Below are positions 1 to 10,661 of a stretch of 64,000 nucleotides of DNA, in pieces. Source of the stretch: Candidatus Omnitrophota bacterium (GTDB lineage: Bacteria; Omnitrophota; Gorgyraeia; B26-G9); the NCBI GenBank assembly GCA_043805415.1, contig JAZDHZ010000033.1, positions 153,600 to 217,599 on the forward strand, given 5' to 3'. The first letter of the stretch is position 1. The number at the start of each line of letters is the position of its first letter. The notes beneath the pieces are model-generated. The model was given only the letters and a program-made list of their open reading frames with translations. It was not told the DNA's origin and made no database searches. Position numbers and translations under genes: made by a program.

Positions 1-1
1 A

Positions 2-433
2 TGGATGTATGTTGAGGTATTGCCGATTTGGTTGACTGATCCTTACACTTATAGCGCGTATAATAAAGCTAAACAATTGGCAGCTGACCTTGATAAAGCC
101 TTAACCCTGTACTCAAAAAATTACGGAATGGCTAATAATTTTTCTGATTTTACAACTATTTATGATACTGAAAAAAAGGAAAATTCATATATGTATAGTT
201 TTGAGCCTTTGCGGGTTAGGGGAGTGGAAGTTGGAACAGTGGAAAAAGATACTCTGAAATTTAATAATCGGGATCTTGATGGCGAAGAAATCGAAGTCCA
301 TTGGGTATGCCAAAATGTAACCGCAACTTATAAACTGCGCGGCAACACTGTGAGCACTCATATCAGAGCTATATTTAATATGGGTGAAGTTATTGAACAA
401 GACATTATTAATGATCCTGGCTTTTTGTTCTGA
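2..433 (+). CDS. hypothetical protein, probably C-terminal part of a gene that begins upstream of the window
   Basis: Open frame runs to window edge (frame 2); no recognisable motifs. Confidence 0.3.
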   Translation, partial: WMYVEVLPIWLTDPYTYSAYNKAKQLAADLDKALTLYSKNYGMANNFSDFTTIYDTEKKENSYMYSFEPLRVRGVEVGTVEKDTLKFNNRDLDGEEIEVHWVCQNVTATYKLRGNTVSTHIRAIFNMGEVIEQDIINDPGFLF

Positions 434-463
434 TGGTTAAGCCATTGACTGTTCTTATCAATT

Positions 464-1354
464 CTATTCGCGCGCGATCTTTCCATAAACATTCTTTTTC
501 GGTGGTTTATCTCTTTGGATCTGTGAGATTTTCAATTCTTTAAGACTCGGTTTTGTGTCGCGGGCAAAAGAAATCAACAAATGCACAATTTGCTTATTTA
601 ACCTTTTTTGCGCAACGTTTTCTAGAAGTAAATCAAGGGCAGCTCTTAAAGAAAAAGCGGTTTTGCGATATGGTCTGCTGGCAATAAGAGCATCAAACAC
701 ATCAACCACAGCAATTACTTGAGAGTATTTATTTATTTTTTTTGCCTGGCGCGGATATCCCGATCCATCTAGTCGTTCATGATGTTCATATGAGGCATAA
801 TCATAAAAGTGGTGGTTTTTTCCGCAATAGTGATGGAGTAATACATATCCGATAAGTGCGTGAGTTTTTAGTATTTCGTGTTCTAGTTTAGTTAAGGGTG
901 TTGATTTTTGGAGAATCTCTGGGGGAATTCGGGATTTTCCAATGTCATGAACCAGTCCCAACCGGGCAATTTTAGTCGGGTTATATTTACCTTTTAGTTG
1001 CTTGTCTAGCGATATCTTTGTGGCCAGGATTGCGGTGACAAGGATATGGCGATATGTATAGGGCATTGTTTTTTTAATTTCTTTAAGTTCAGAGATTATT
1101 TGTTTCGGCATGATAAGCTTTTTCATTATATTGATTATTTTTTTATTTATCGATTCCGGCGAAAATATAACGGAATAGCTTTTATCTTTAAGCGCAGCTC
1201 GAATATCGTTTAAAATAACCGTATTCCCAATTTTTATATAATCAATTTTTTTATTAACTTGGGCTATTTGATTAAGCCGAACTTTGGTTAATTTTTGTTG
1301 AGCTTTAACCAATAATTTTTTATCAAGTGAATATAAATCATAAATAAGTTGCAT
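464..1354 (-). CDS. HD-GYP domain phosphohydrolase (putative c-di-GMP phosphodiesterase)
   Basis: HDIGK ... HHERLDGSGYP motifs in translated ORF. Confidence 0.75.
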   Translation of the reverse strand: MQLIYDLYSLDKKLLVKAQQKLTKVRLNQIAQVNKKIDYIKIGNTVILNDIRAALKDKSYSVIFSPESINKKIINIMKKLIMPKQIISELKEIKKTMPYTYRHILVTAILATKISLDKQLKGKYNPTKIARLGLVHDIGKSRIPPEILQKSTPLTKLEHEILKTHALIGYVLLHHYCGKNHHFYDYASYEHHERLDGSGYPRQAKKINKYSQVIAVVDVFDALIASRPYRKTAFSLRAALDLLLENVAQKRLNKQIVHLLISFARDTKPSLKELKISQIQRDKPPKKNVYGKIARE

Positions 1355-1606
1355 CTTTTTCCTCCATAAGCTTTTTATTGCTTACTGTGTATTATAATAG
1401 AAATAACAATAGTTGACAATTTTTTTCTAAAAATAGGGTTACTTTTAATTGGATTAAGGTTTATTTTGCTTGCCAAAACAAACTAGCAGAGTTTATAATA
1501 ATAAAAAGTATAGTCCTATTTTTTAAATTTGGTAAAATAGCGCAGGGTAAAAGCTGTTTGTGTTTGGTTTAAAAGCGAAAAAACAGGCATAAGGATAAAA
1601 TTAATA

Positions 1607-2452
1607 ATGATTAATAAAATTGGTGTGATTTTTGATTTTGATGAAACCCTTGCGCCTGATAGCACAAGTTGTTTTTTAGAAAGCTTAGGGCTGGATGTCC
1701 AGGAGTTTTGGGAAAAAGAAGTTAATCCTTTATATCAAAAGCAGGGGTGGGATCCTATTCCTGCTTATTTATATAAAATGATTGAGTTTTCCAATAAATC
1801 AAATGCTGTTGGCCGGATAACCCAAGATAAACTAAAGGAATTTGGCAGGAAGATTAAATTTTTTAATGGGGTCCAGAATATATTTCGGCAGTTAGAACAA
1901 AGGGCTAAAGAAGTTAATCCTACGGTGCAAGTCGAGTTCTTTCTTATAAGCAGCGGAATAAGGGAGATATTAATCAATACGAAAATTGCTAAATATTTTA
2001 AAGATATCTGGGCTTGTGACTTTAATTATAATCCTAAAGGAGAGATTGTTTTTCCTAAAAATATTGTTAGTTTTACTGATAAAACCAGATATTTATTTCA
2101 GATATCTAAAGGTATTTTTGGCCCTGAATCAAGATTAAATCCGTTTGAGGTTAATAAAAAAGTTTCGCAGTTGTATATACCGTTTAATCAGATGATAGTA
2201 GTGGGAGATGGTTATACGGATATCCCATTGTTTTCGTTAATTACAAAAAATGGCGGCAAAGCTATTGCGGTTTATAATCCTGAGGATAAGAGAAAATGGA
2301 CTAAAGCCTGGGGCTTTATTGAAGATAAGCGGGTATCTAATTTAGTTCCAGCTGATTACGGTAAGAAACACGCATTGAATCATACCTTGATGATGGTTGT
2401 CCAAAACATAGCCGAAAAGCTGCTGGTTGATAATACGGTATATCAGCGTTAA
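1607..2452 (+). CDS. HAD-superfamily hydrolase (phosphoserine-phosphatase-like, HAD-IB)
   Basis: N-terminal DFDETL (DxDxT) motif and C-terminal VGDGYTD motif. Confidence 0.6.
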   Translation: MINKIGVIFDFDETLAPDSTSCFLESLGLDVQEFWEKEVNPLYQKQGWDPIPAYLYKMIEFSNKSNAVGRITQDKLKEFGRKIKFFNGVQNIFRQLEQRAKEVNPTVQVEFFLISSGIREILINTKIAKYFKDIWACDFNYNPKGEIVFPKNIVSFTDKTRYLFQISKGIFGPESRLNPFEVNKKVSQLYIPFNQMIVVGDGYTDIPLFSLITKNGGKAIAVYNPEDKRKWTKAWGFIEDKRVSNLVPADYGKKHALNHTLMMVVQNIAEKLLVDNTVYQR

Positions 2453-2472
2453 GCGGATTGAAAAAAGGATAT

Positions 2473-2814
2473 ATGCACAGCCGAAAAATAAAAAGAAGAC
2501 ATTTAATTTATTATTTAAGGGTTTATGACGCGGCTAAGGGGCCGCTTCTTGGGCATATCGCTGATATATCTACTGATGGGGTAATGATAATAAGTGAACT
2601 TTCGATTCCAATAGCCACTGATTTTACGCTTAAAATGATTATGCCCAGAGAACTTGAAGGAACCAAAGAGCTTATATTCCAAGCGCGAAGTCTTTGGTCA
2701 AAAAAAGATGTTAATCCTGATTTCTACGCAAATGGTTTTAAAATACAGGCGATTAATAGTGCTGACGCTGAACTGATTGAATATCTTATAGATGAATTCG
2801 GATTCCGTGATTGA
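2473..2814 (+). CDS. PilZ domain protein (c-di-GMP receptor type)
   Basis: RKIKRRH (RxxxR) followed by DISTDG (DxSxxG) motif; AAGGA RBS before ATG 2473; ORF alternatively starts at TTG 2458. Confidence 0.55.
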   Translation: MHSRKIKRRHLIYYLRVYDAAKGPLLGHIADISTDGVMIISELSIPIATDFTLKMIMPRELEGTKELIFQARSLWSKKDVNPDFYANGFKIQAINSADAELIEYLIDEFGFRD

Positions 2815-2833
2815 TGTATTATCTAAGGGCATA

Positions 2834-3340
2834 ATGAATATTACTTTAATTGGCATGCCGGGAGTAGGTAAAAGTAGTATTGGTAAACAGCTAGCAAAAA
2901 GTTTACAATTTACCTTTCTTGATTCAGATCATATTATTGAAAAAACTGCTAAAATGTCATTGCAGCAGATAATTGATTTGGATGGAGAAGCGGCTTTTCT
3001 TGATTTAGAAAAAAAAACGATTATTAATCTCGGGGACATTGATAATTATGTGCTTTGTCCCGGAGGGAGTGTTGTTTATTCTGATGAAGCTATGCTTTTT
3101 TTAAAAAAACACTCGCTCATAGTTTTTTTAGATAAAAAACTAGAAAATATTAAAGCGCAAATCCCTGATATAGCTATGCGAGGGATTATTGGTTTAAAAG
3201 GCATGAGTTTGCAAGATCTTTATATTCAGCGAAGGCCATTATATGAAAAATATGCGGACATTAGCTTAAAACTCTCTAGCAATTCAGATGTTTTGGTTCA
3301 CAGTAAAGAAATTATTGCTGCGATTTTAAAGCATAATTAG
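2834..3340 (+). CDS. aroK: shikimate kinase
   Basis: MNITLIGMPGVGKSSIGKQLA Walker A plus LDSD and shikimate kinase length. Confidence 0.8.
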   Translation: MNITLIGMPGVGKSSIGKQLAKSLQFTFLDSDHIIEKTAKMSLQQIIDLDGEAAFLDLEKKTIINLGDIDNYVLCPGGSVVYSDEAMLFLKKHSLIVFLDKKLENIKAQIPDIAMRGIIGLKGMSLQDLYIQRRPLYEKYADISLKLSSNSDVLVHSKEIIAAILKHN

Positions 3341-3401
3341 TTTTGTTAACTATCTGGATAATATTAGTAATTTGAGGAAAAATATCAGGTAATAAATTTT
3401 T

Positions 3402-3587
3402 ATGGCTGAAATCCAATGTCCTCATTGCAATCAAACTATCTATGATGAAGATGCTCTGAATTGTTTATATTGCGGGGGGAGTTTAAATCAAACAACAGGT
3501 TTTATGAGTTTTATCCAATCTAAAGCAGTTATTGGTTTAGTCGCTTTAGTTGTACTTTTAGGTTTTGTTTTACTTGTTTTGCGCTAA
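3402..3587 (+). CDS. small zinc-ribbon membrane protein
   Basis: CPHC...CLYCGG zinc ribbon then C-terminal hydrophobic helix. Confidence 0.4.
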   Translation: MAEIQCPHCNQTIYDEDALNCLYCGGSLNQTTGFMSFIQSKAVIGLVALVVLLGFVLLVLR

Positions 3588-3672
3588 AAGTTTTTTGATA
3601 GTTAATTTAAGATCCGATATGTATGGTATAATATTATTAATCTAATCATTCTCAAAAAAAGCGATATAATAA

Positions 3673-4533
3673 ATGAAAATAAGTGAAATTCTTAAACAGC
3701 AAGAAAAAGGAGTATCTTTCGAATTTTTCCCTCCTAAAACTGAAAAAGGCAGACAATCTCTGAGCAGAACTGTGGAGATGTTAAAGCAATATAAACCTTT
3801 ATATGTTTCCATGACTTATGGTGCTGGGGGCGGGTCTCAAGAACAGACAAAAGAAGCGGTATCAATGCTGCTTGATTCAAGAAGTCTCGAGGTTATGCCG
3901 CATTTAACTTGTATTGGTTCTTGTGAAAGTGAGATTAAAAAAATACTGGATAATTATAAGTCCCAGGGGATTGAGAATATTATGGCTTTAAGAGGCGATC
4001 CTCCTGTGGGAGAAAAGGATTTTAATTTTAAGGTTAAAGATTATTCATATGCCTCTGATTTGGTCAAGACTTTAAAGCAATATAACCATTTTTGTATCGG
4101 AGTTGCTGTCTATCCTGAGGGGCATATTGAAACAAAATCTTTAGACCAGGATATGGAATTTACCAAGAAAAAAGTAGAGGCAGGAGCTGATTTTGCTGTT
4201 ACTCAAATGTTTTTTGATAATAAGTATTACTATGCTTTATTGGATAGAATGCAAAAAAAGGGGATTACGTTTCCTGTTTTACCCGGAATTTTACCTCTGA
4301 CGGATGTTGAAAAAGTTAAACAATTCGCGGTAATCTGCCGGACTACGATTCCTTCAGATATTACAATGAAAATGGAAAAGTTTAGACATGACCCGAAGGA
4401 AATGGAAAAAATTGGGATTGATTATACGATCAGGCAATGTTTAGATCTTATGAAAAATGGGGTTAAGAAAATACATTTTTTTACTTTAAATAAGCCGGAA
4501 ATAATCACTTCAATAGTTGATGCGATACAATAA
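3673..4533 (+). CDS. metF: 5,10-methylenetetrahydrofolate reductase
   Basis: SFEFFPPKT, MTYGAGGGS motifs and MTHFR length; TGGTATAAT extended -10 about 40 nt upstream. Confidence 0.85.
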   Translation: MKISEILKQQEKGVSFEFFPPKTEKGRQSLSRTVEMLKQYKPLYVSMTYGAGGGSQEQTKEAVSMLLDSRSLEVMPHLTCIGSCESEIKKILDNYKSQGIENIMALRGDPPVGEKDFNFKVKDYSYASDLVKTLKQYNHFCIGVAVYPEGHIETKSLDQDMEFTKKKVEAGADFAVTQMFFDNKYYYALLDRMQKKGITFPVLPGILPLTDVEKVKQFAVICRTTIPSDITMKMEKFRHDPKEMEKIGIDYTIRQCLDLMKNGVKKIHFFTLNKPEIITSIVDAIQ

Positions 4534-4705
4534 AGCTAAGGGCATAAAGAGTTTTGAGGAATAATCCTTTTTTTGTAGAACCGGAAATGTCAAACAGAGC
4601 TTATAAGAAATATTTCTTGGCAATACCTTTAAAAAATGTTAAACTTTTATTTTAAAAGCAAGTTCGATTAATATATTTAAATAGTTATCGGAAAGGAGTT
4701 TAAAA

Positions 4706-5206
4706 ATGATTTGTCCGGTTTGTAAAGCTGATATGGTATTAGAAAATTTTGGCGAATTGAGCGTTGATGTGTGTAAAAATGGTTGTAAGGGCATGTGGTT
4801 TGACTGGATGGAGCTGGGCAAGCTTGATGAACAAAATGAAGGCTTGGGTAATGCTTTGCAGGAAGCTTTAAGCTTTGAGCGTGTAAATGAAGCGGATAGA
4901 GGAAAAATTAATTGTCCTAAATGTAAGCTTCCCATGCATATTCATGTGTATGCGTCGGCAAAAGAAATCAATGTTGATGAATGTTATCAGTGTGGAGGGT
5001 TTTTTCTTGATTCTGGAGAATTAAAGGCTATTCGTGAATCTTTTATGACTGAAGCTGAGCGGGAAGCATACGCGGCTAAGCTATTAAAAGACATTCCCGG
5101 ACTGGCTGAGGCTAAAGATAATCTGGAAAAAGAAAAAGCCAGAACCAAGGCTATTGGCAGATTAACCAAGTTTATTAGAGTTAGTTATTACGCTACAGGA
5201 AAATAA
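4706..5206 (+). CDS. zinc-ribbon protein with two TFIIB-type Zn-ribbon repeats and a coiled-coil tail
   Basis: Two CPxCK...C(x)C...GxWFD/FFLDxGEL modules; GGAAAGGAG RBS. Confidence 0.5.
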   Translation: MICPVCKADMVLENFGELSVDVCKNGCKGMWFDWMELGKLDEQNEGLGNALQEALSFERVNEADRGKINCPKCKLPMHIHVYASAKEINVDECYQCGGFFLDSGELKAIRESFMTEAEREAYAAKLLKDIPGLAEAKDNLEKEKARTKAIGRLTKFIRVSYYATGK

Positions 5207-5383
5207 GCAGAGGTTTGAGGATAAGAAACTATATAAATAAAAATATTTATATAGTTCTTTCCTGGACTTTTTAAAAGTTTTACGCGTTAAAAACAGTATG
5301 AAATATAGAATCATATCAAACCTCATAATCGTAACATATTTAATAGTAATACGTTACGCAAATTGAATTGTTTTGCCCCTGCC

Positions 5384-5412
5384 TTGACAGAACCATCTTC
5401 ATATGATATACT
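5384..5412 (+). promoter_or_regulatory. sigma70-like promoter TTGACA-17-TATACT preceding a ~280-nt AT-rich leader
   Basis: Consensus -35 and near-consensus -10 with 17-nt spacer read directly. Confidence 0.5.
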
Positions 5413-5694
5413 TTGAATAAGTTAAAAATATAATAAATTATTTATATAACAATTAAAGCTTTTTGCGTAAGTACTTAATAATAAATGAGTTATGTATTTT
5501 TGAGTAATATGCTTAAAGTTTGTTTTTTGTAAAAATAAGCATATTATTGCAAAATAATTGAGTATGGGCTGATTAAATATTTTGTAATAGCAAATTATCG
5601 GTATGGTTTAGCTTGAGGGATTTTATCTCTCTTTTTTAATTTTAAAAATATATATAATGAAATTCGCGACCAGAGGTCTTAGAAAAGAGGGACT

Positions 5695-6651
5695 GTGAAG
5701 CTGAAAAAACTATATGATTTAGTTATAGCAAATGGAATGCGAAAGGATCCTCGCGGTAGCTCGATAGTTGCAAAAGAACTTAAAGCTCTTAAAGTTAAAT
5801 ATGCTGCTTTGTCCAAAAAGCAAGCAGAAGAATTTGATATTGAAAGACTTAAAAATCCTTATAGCGATACGAGAATTCTGCATGGCTCGGGCAATGAAAC
5901 TATTCGCAATGTTCTTATTGGAATTGACATTGATGTTGGAGAGGTCTTACTTGCGGATCGGTTGATTCAAAAAGGCAAGAAAATAGATTTGATTATAGCA
6001 CATCATCCGGAAGGCAGCGCGCTAGCTGCATTACACCAGGTAATGTACATGCAAGCTGATATTGTTCATTTGCACGGAGTTCCGATAACCATTGCTGAAG
6101 ATTTAATAAAAAATCGTATTTCTGAAGTCGAAAGACGTTTATTGCCGGTAAATCATACAAAAACGCAAGACGCGGCTAGGTTATTAAATATACCCTTACT
6201 TTGTGTGCACACTCCAGCAGATAATCATGTGGTATGCTTTTTAGAACAGTTGTTTGAAAAGAAAAACCCGGAAACTTTAGAGCAAATAATCGATATCCTA
6301 AAGAGTATTCCTGAATATCAGCACGCGATAAAGAATAATTCAGGGCCAAAAGTTGTTAATGGGTCTGATGATTCTCGGCCAGGTAAGATTTTTGTGGATA
6401 TGACTGGTGGTACTGAGGGTTCGAAAGATATTTTTAAAAATCTGGCTCAGGCTGGCATCGGCACTATAGTTGGGATGCACTTAAGTGAAGAACACATAAA
6501 AAAAGCAAAAAAAGAACATATAAATGTTATTATTGCCGGACATATTTCTTCAGACAATTTGGGGCTAAACCTAATTTTGGACTCAATAGAAACAGTTCAG
6601 AAACTTGATGTTATTGCTTGTTCTGGATTTGTGAGAGTAAAAAGGAAATGA
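5695..6651 (+). CDS. NIF3-family dinuclear-metal-centre protein (YqfO/YbgI-like)
   Basis: DLIIAHHPEG, MTGGTEGS...G.IVGMH and AGHISSD motifs resembling NIF3; GTG start with AAGAGGGA RBS. Confidence 0.55.
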   Translation: MKLKKLYDLVIANGMRKDPRGSSIVAKELKALKVKYAALSKKQAEEFDIERLKNPYSDTRILHGSGNETIRNVLIGIDIDVGEVLLADRLIQKGKKIDLIIAHHPEGSALAALHQVMYMQADIVHLHGVPITIAEDLIKNRISEVERRLLPVNHTKTQDAARLLNIPLLCVHTPADNHVVCFLEQLFEKKNPETLEQIIDILKSIPEYQHAIKNNSGPKVVNGSDDSRPGKIFVDMTGGTEGSKDIFKNLAQAGIGTIVGMHLSEEHIKKAKKEHINVIIAGHISSDNLGLNLILDSIETVQKLDVIACSGFVRVKRK

Positions 6652-8468
6652 GTAAAATTTCCGATAAAATTTTAGACGAAATACAACAACGCTGTGATAT
6701 TACTGAGATAATTTCAGGATATATTCCGCTGAAAAAGGCGGGGAGAAATTTTAAAGCTAACTGTCCTTTTCATCATGAGAAGACACCTTCTTTCGTGGTT
6801 AGTCCAGATAAGCAGATATTTCATTGTTTTGGTTGTGGTTCAGGCGGAGATGTTTTTAGTTTTATTATGAAACAAGAGCGCATGGATTTTCCTGAAGCAG
6901 TGCGGTTTTTAGGAGATAAAGTTGGACTTAAAGTTGAAACTGAAGCTGAAGCTGAAGACAAAGCTAATTATTCTCAGGCTGGTTCATTTACCGGATCGCT
7001 ATATAGAGTAAATGAGTTAGCGGAAAAATATTTTCAACAAAATCTTTTAAATCCAAATGATCAGCAAGCTCAATTGGCACTAAGTTATTTGCAGAAACGC
7101 GGGTTGGAGCAGTCTGCGATTGAAAATTTTCATATTGGATTCGCGGTTGATAAATGGGATGGATTGCTTAATTTCTTAAGAAAAAGCGGTATAAGCATAG
7201 AGTTAATGCTTAAATCAGGACTGATTGTAAAAAATTCAACTGGAAAAACATACGATTGCTTTAGAAATCGGATAATGTTCCCAATTTGCAATAGCCAAGG
7301 CAAAAGGATCGGGTTTGGTGGTAGAATCTGGAACTCTTTACCAGGGGCAAATTTGGCTAATCAGCCTAAGTATATAAATTCGCCGGAAACTGAAGTTTAT
7401 AAAAAAAGTAAAAATCTTTTTGGTTTTAATCAAAGTAAAAAATTCATCATTGATAAAGATTATTGTATAGTAGTTGAAGGTTATTTGGATGTTATTGTTC
7501 CTTTTGAAGCCGGGATAAAAAATATTGCGGCTTCATGCGGAACAGCTTTTACTAGTGATCACGCGCGGATAGTAAAACGATACACGCAGAATGTGGTTAT
7601 TGTATTTGACGCTGATGATGCGGGTCAGGAAGCGACATTAAGAAGTCTTGATTTGTTAATAGAAGAAGGCTTAAATGTGCGAATTGCCAGACTTGAACCG
7701 GGGTTTGATCCGGATTCTTTTGTGCGTAAATATGGCGCTGAGAAATTTCAAAATTTAGTTGATCAAGCGAACAGTTTGTTTGACTATAAACTTAATTTGC
7801 TTTGTTTAAAGTTAAACAAAGCTGTTCCGGAGGAAAAAGCAAGAATTGCCGCGAGCATGCTTGAGACTATAGATAAGATAAAAAATGCTATTTTGCGCAG
7901 CACATATATCAAGAAATTGTCGGAAAGTTTGTCAGTCAAAGAAGAAATTTTATTTTCCGAGCTTAAAAAAATTAAATCATTTTCAACTGTTTCCAGTGAT
8001 CTTAGCAAAGTTAATAATCTTAAAACTTATAAAATGAGTAAGATCGCTGAGAAGATGCTTATGTCCTTGATGTTTGAAGATGGAAAATTTATCAAAGATC
8101 TGAAACAGGTTATAGGCTATGATGAATTTAGCGACCCGATCGCTAAGAAAATTGTTAAACATCTCTATGAGCAAGATTTGTCAGAATGTAAACCCGCGGA
8201 GTTGTTTAAGGAAATAGGCGATAATCAAATAAACTCTTTTATTTGTAATCTGCTTGTTTCGGATATGGGTATAGATAATAAGAAAAAAAGTTTTGAGGAT
8301 TGTGTTCGGAAAATAAAAAAAGACAAAATACAATTGGAGCTTGATTGTTTACAGCAGCGGATTAATAGGCTAAAACAATCAGAGTCTCAAGAGTTACTGA
8401 GTTTATTAAAAAAATACAATGAATTAAAAAAGGAGCAAGGCAGATATGAACCAGGCAATAAAAAATAA
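6648..8468 (+). CDS. dnaG: DNA primase
   Basis: CHC2 zinc finger [11 protein letters not shown]...[20 protein letters not shown]...DADDAG; ATGA overlap with upstream gene. Confidence 0.9.
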   Translation: MSKISDKILDEIQQRCDITEIISGYIPLKKAGRNFKANCPFHHEKTPSFVVSPDKQIFHCFGCGSGGDVFSFIMKQERMDFPEAVRFLGDKVGLKVETEAEAEDKANYSQAGSFTGSLYRVNELAEKYFQQNLLNPNDQQAQLALSYLQKRGLEQSAIENFHIGFAVDKWDGLLNFLRKSGISIELMLKSGLIVKNSTGKTYDCFRNRIMFPICNSQGKRIGFGGRIWNSLPGANLANQPKYINSPETEVYKKSKNLFGFNQSKKFIIDKDYCIVVEGYLDVIVPFEAGIKNIAASCGTAFTSDHARIVKRYTQNVVIVFDADDAGQEATLRSLDLLIEEGLNVRIARLEPGFDPDSFVRKYGAEKFQNLVDQANSLFDYKLNLLCLKLNKAVPEEKARIAASMLETIDKIKNAILRSTYIKKLSESLSVKEEILFSELKKIKSFSTVSSDLSKVNNLKTYKMSKIAEKMLMSLMFEDGKFIKDLKQVIGYDEFSDPIAKKIVKHLYEQDLSECKPAELFKEIGDNQINSFICNLLVSDMGIDNKKKSFEDCVRKIKKDKIQLELDCLQQRINRLKQSESQELLSLLKKYNELKKEQGRYEPGNKK

Positions 8469-10275
8469 GGCTAAAAAAGCTGTAAAAGAAATTGCCAAAA
8501 AACTAAATTTGGTAAAAAAAATTGTAAGAAAGAAAACTGCAACTGAAAAAAACATTAAAAAAGGTAGCGATAAAATAGTGAGAAATGTTGAGAAAAATAT
8601 GGATGCTAAAAATAAGAAAAAAATATTAAAAAAATCCGCGAAAGAAGCGGCAAAACAAATAGCGGATGAATCAACGACAAAGACAAAAATCGATTCGGCT
8701 AAAACACTTAAACAACTTGCTAAGAAGACAAAAACCTTGGGAAAGTTAATTGCTCAAGGTAAGAAAAAAGGATATTTGACTTTTGAAGAATTAAATCATG
8801 CTTTACCTGATGATGTTGTTACCTCAGAAGAAATCGAAGAGATTCTGATAGTGCTTGATAGTGAAAATATCGAAGTTGTTGATTCAGAAGAAGATGTTGT
8901 AAAAGATAAACAAGATGTGGAAGAAGAATCTGATGATGCAAAGGTGTCGGCTGCTTCAGAAAGCATGCCAACATATATTGAAGATCCGGTTAGGATGTAT
9001 TTAAGGCAAATGGGACAGATTTCTTTGCTTACACGTGAAGAAGAGTTGGCTTTAGCTATAGAGATTGAGGCAGCGGAGCTGACTTTACGCAAAGCTGTGT
9101 TGAGTTGTCCCTCTTCTCGTTATTATGTTCTCAAGGTAGCAAATCAAATCATTAATAAAGAGGTCAATGCCGAGGATGTTATAAGGGATGAGTTTAAGCT
9201 TAGCCATGCTAAGCTATTGAAGCGGGTTGAAAAGCTGACTGCTAGTTTGCGCTCTGTTCGTAAGCCGGAAGCGACATTGGATCTTTTATTAGAGTTTAAT
9301 CTTACGACAGCGGTAATTGAGGATATCGCGGAGCAGGTGCAAAATAGTGCTGAAAGCATATCGGTAATTGAGCGAGAAATTTCCAAGCAAAGGCAGAAAA
9401 AAGTTCGCGGTCAAATTCAAAAGCTGCAGGTTAAAAAAGCAAAATTATTTCGGGAATTTGGCGGAACAATAGGCGATATTAGAAAGGCACTGCGCAATAT
9501 TAAGCGTTGTCAGCATGAATTTACCTGTGTTAAGCGATCATTGGTTGAGGCAAATTTGCGTCTAGTTGTGAGTATTGCTAAAAAATATACTAACCGAGGG
9601 TTGTCCTTCCTTGATCTTATTCAAGAAGGAAATATCGGATTGATGAAAGCTGTGGATAAATTTGAATATAAAAGAGGTTATAAGTTCAGCACTTACGCGA
9701 CTTGGTGGATTAGGCAGGCGATTACTCGATCGATAGCTGATCAGTCCCGGACGATCAGAATCCCTGTTCATATGACTGAAACGATTAACAAATTAATCAG
9801 AGCTTCCCGCTTTCTTGTGCAGGAAAATGGAAGAGAGCCCACTCCCGAAGAATTGAGCAAAATGATGCAAATTTCTGTAGATAAGATAAGGGGAATAATA
9901 AAAATAGCTCAGGAACCGATTTCTTTACAAACTCCAATCGGGGAAGAAGGCGACACTCATTTTGGTGATTTTATCGAAGATAAAAGAGTGGTCAGCCCGG
10001 CAACCGCAACAGCGCATTCTATGCTTAAAGAGCAGATGGAACAAGTAATGGAAACTCTTTCCGATCGGGAAAAGAAAGTGCTTGTTCTGCGTTTTGGGAT
10101 TAAAGACGGATATCCCCGGACACTAGAAGAAGTAGGAAAGATATTCAGTGTTACTCGAGAAAGAGTGCGACAGATTGAAGCTAAGGCATTAAGAAAATTA
10201 AGACATCCGACGCGAAGTAAAAAACTGCGTGATTTTTTGGAAATAACCATGACTGAACATATGGATTTTCTCTAA
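8446..10275 (+). CDS. rpoD: RNA polymerase sigma-70 (RpoD) with a Lys-rich N-terminal extension
   Basis: Regions 2-4 conserved ([46 protein letters not shown]); AAAAAGGAG RBS. Confidence 0.9.
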   Translation: MNQAIKNKAKKAVKEIAKKLNLVKKIVRKKTATEKNIKKGSDKIVRNVEKNMDAKNKKKILKKSAKEAAKQIADESTTKTKIDSAKTLKQLAKKTKTLGKLIAQGKKKGYLTFEELNHALPDDVVTSEEIEEILIVLDSENIEVVDSEEDVVKDKQDVEEESDDAKVSAASESMPTYIEDPVRMYLRQMGQISLLTREEELALAIEIEAAELTLRKAVLSCPSSRYYVLKVANQIINKEVNAEDVIRDEFKLSHAKLLKRVEKLTASLRSVRKPEATLDLLLEFNLTTAVIEDIAEQVQNSAESISVIEREISKQRQKKVRGQIQKLQVKKAKLFREFGGTIGDIRKALRNIKRCQHEFTCVKRSLVEANLRLVVSIAKKYTNRGLSFLDLIQEGNIGLMKAVDKFEYKRGYKFSTYATWWIRQAITRSIADQSRTIRIPVHMTETINKLIRASRFLVQENGREPTPEELSKMMQISVDKIRGIIKIAQEPISLQTPIGEEGDTHFGDFIEDKRVVSPATATAHSMLKEQMEQVMETLSDREKKVLVLRFGIKDGYPRTLEEVGKIFSVTRERVRQIEAKALRKLRHPTRSKKLRDFLEITMTEHMDFL

Positions 10276-10300
10276 AAAATAATGGTTTAAATGTTTGAAT

Positions 10301-10335
10301 AATAGCGGAGCTTAAACGGCTTCGCTATTATTTTA
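10301..10335 (+). terminator. intrinsic terminator after rpoD
   Basis: AATAGCGGAGC/GGCTTCGCTATT 11-bp stem, 6-nt loop, followed by ATTTT. Confidence 0.55.
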
Positions 10336-10424
10336 ATTAAGAACACAAGAAATTATCCCGCAGCTGCTAAGCATTACTGCTTTTTCTAATCGCTAAACGC
10401 TATACGCTGATTTTCTACAATTTC

Positions 10425-10453
10425 TTGACTTCTTCGTCCAATTCTGCTATATT
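10425..10453 (+). promoter_or_regulatory. tRNA-Val promoter TTGACT-17-TATATT
   Basis: Consensus-like hexamers 17 nt apart, about 17 nt upstream of tRNA 5' end. Confidence 0.55.
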
Positions 10454-10469
10454 TTATATTACTTTTCCT

Positions 10470-10546
10470 GGGCGATTAGCTCAGTTGGTTAGAGCGTTGC
10501 GTTCACATCGCAAATGTCGGAGGTTCGAGTCCTCTATCGCCCACCA
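10470..10546 (+). tRNA. tRNA-Val (anticodon CAC)
   Basis: Cloverleaf folds: acceptor GGGCGAT/ATCGCCC, anticodon loop TTCACAT, TTCGAGT T-loop, encoded CCA. Confidence 0.85.
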
Positions 10547-10614
10547 AATTTAGTAAGCTATGAGCCCGCACCATTGCTTTTTCCGGTCGCTATGCGCTGT
10601 TTTTTTACAATTCC

Positions 10615-10643
10615 TTGACTTCCTCCTCTAATTCTGCTATATT
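10615..10643 (+). promoter_or_regulatory. tRNA-Met promoter TTGACT-17-TATATT (duplicate of upstream module)
   Basis: Near-identical ~75-bp promoter block repeated before each tRNA. Confidence 0.55.
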
Positions 10644-10661
10644 TTATATTACTGTTTTTTA

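Noticed and set aside
8796-10250. Several 69-98-aa minus-strand ORFs (Ser-rich translations) inside rpoD
   Set aside because: These are antisense frames of a strongly conserved gene, with low-complexity translations and no RBS.
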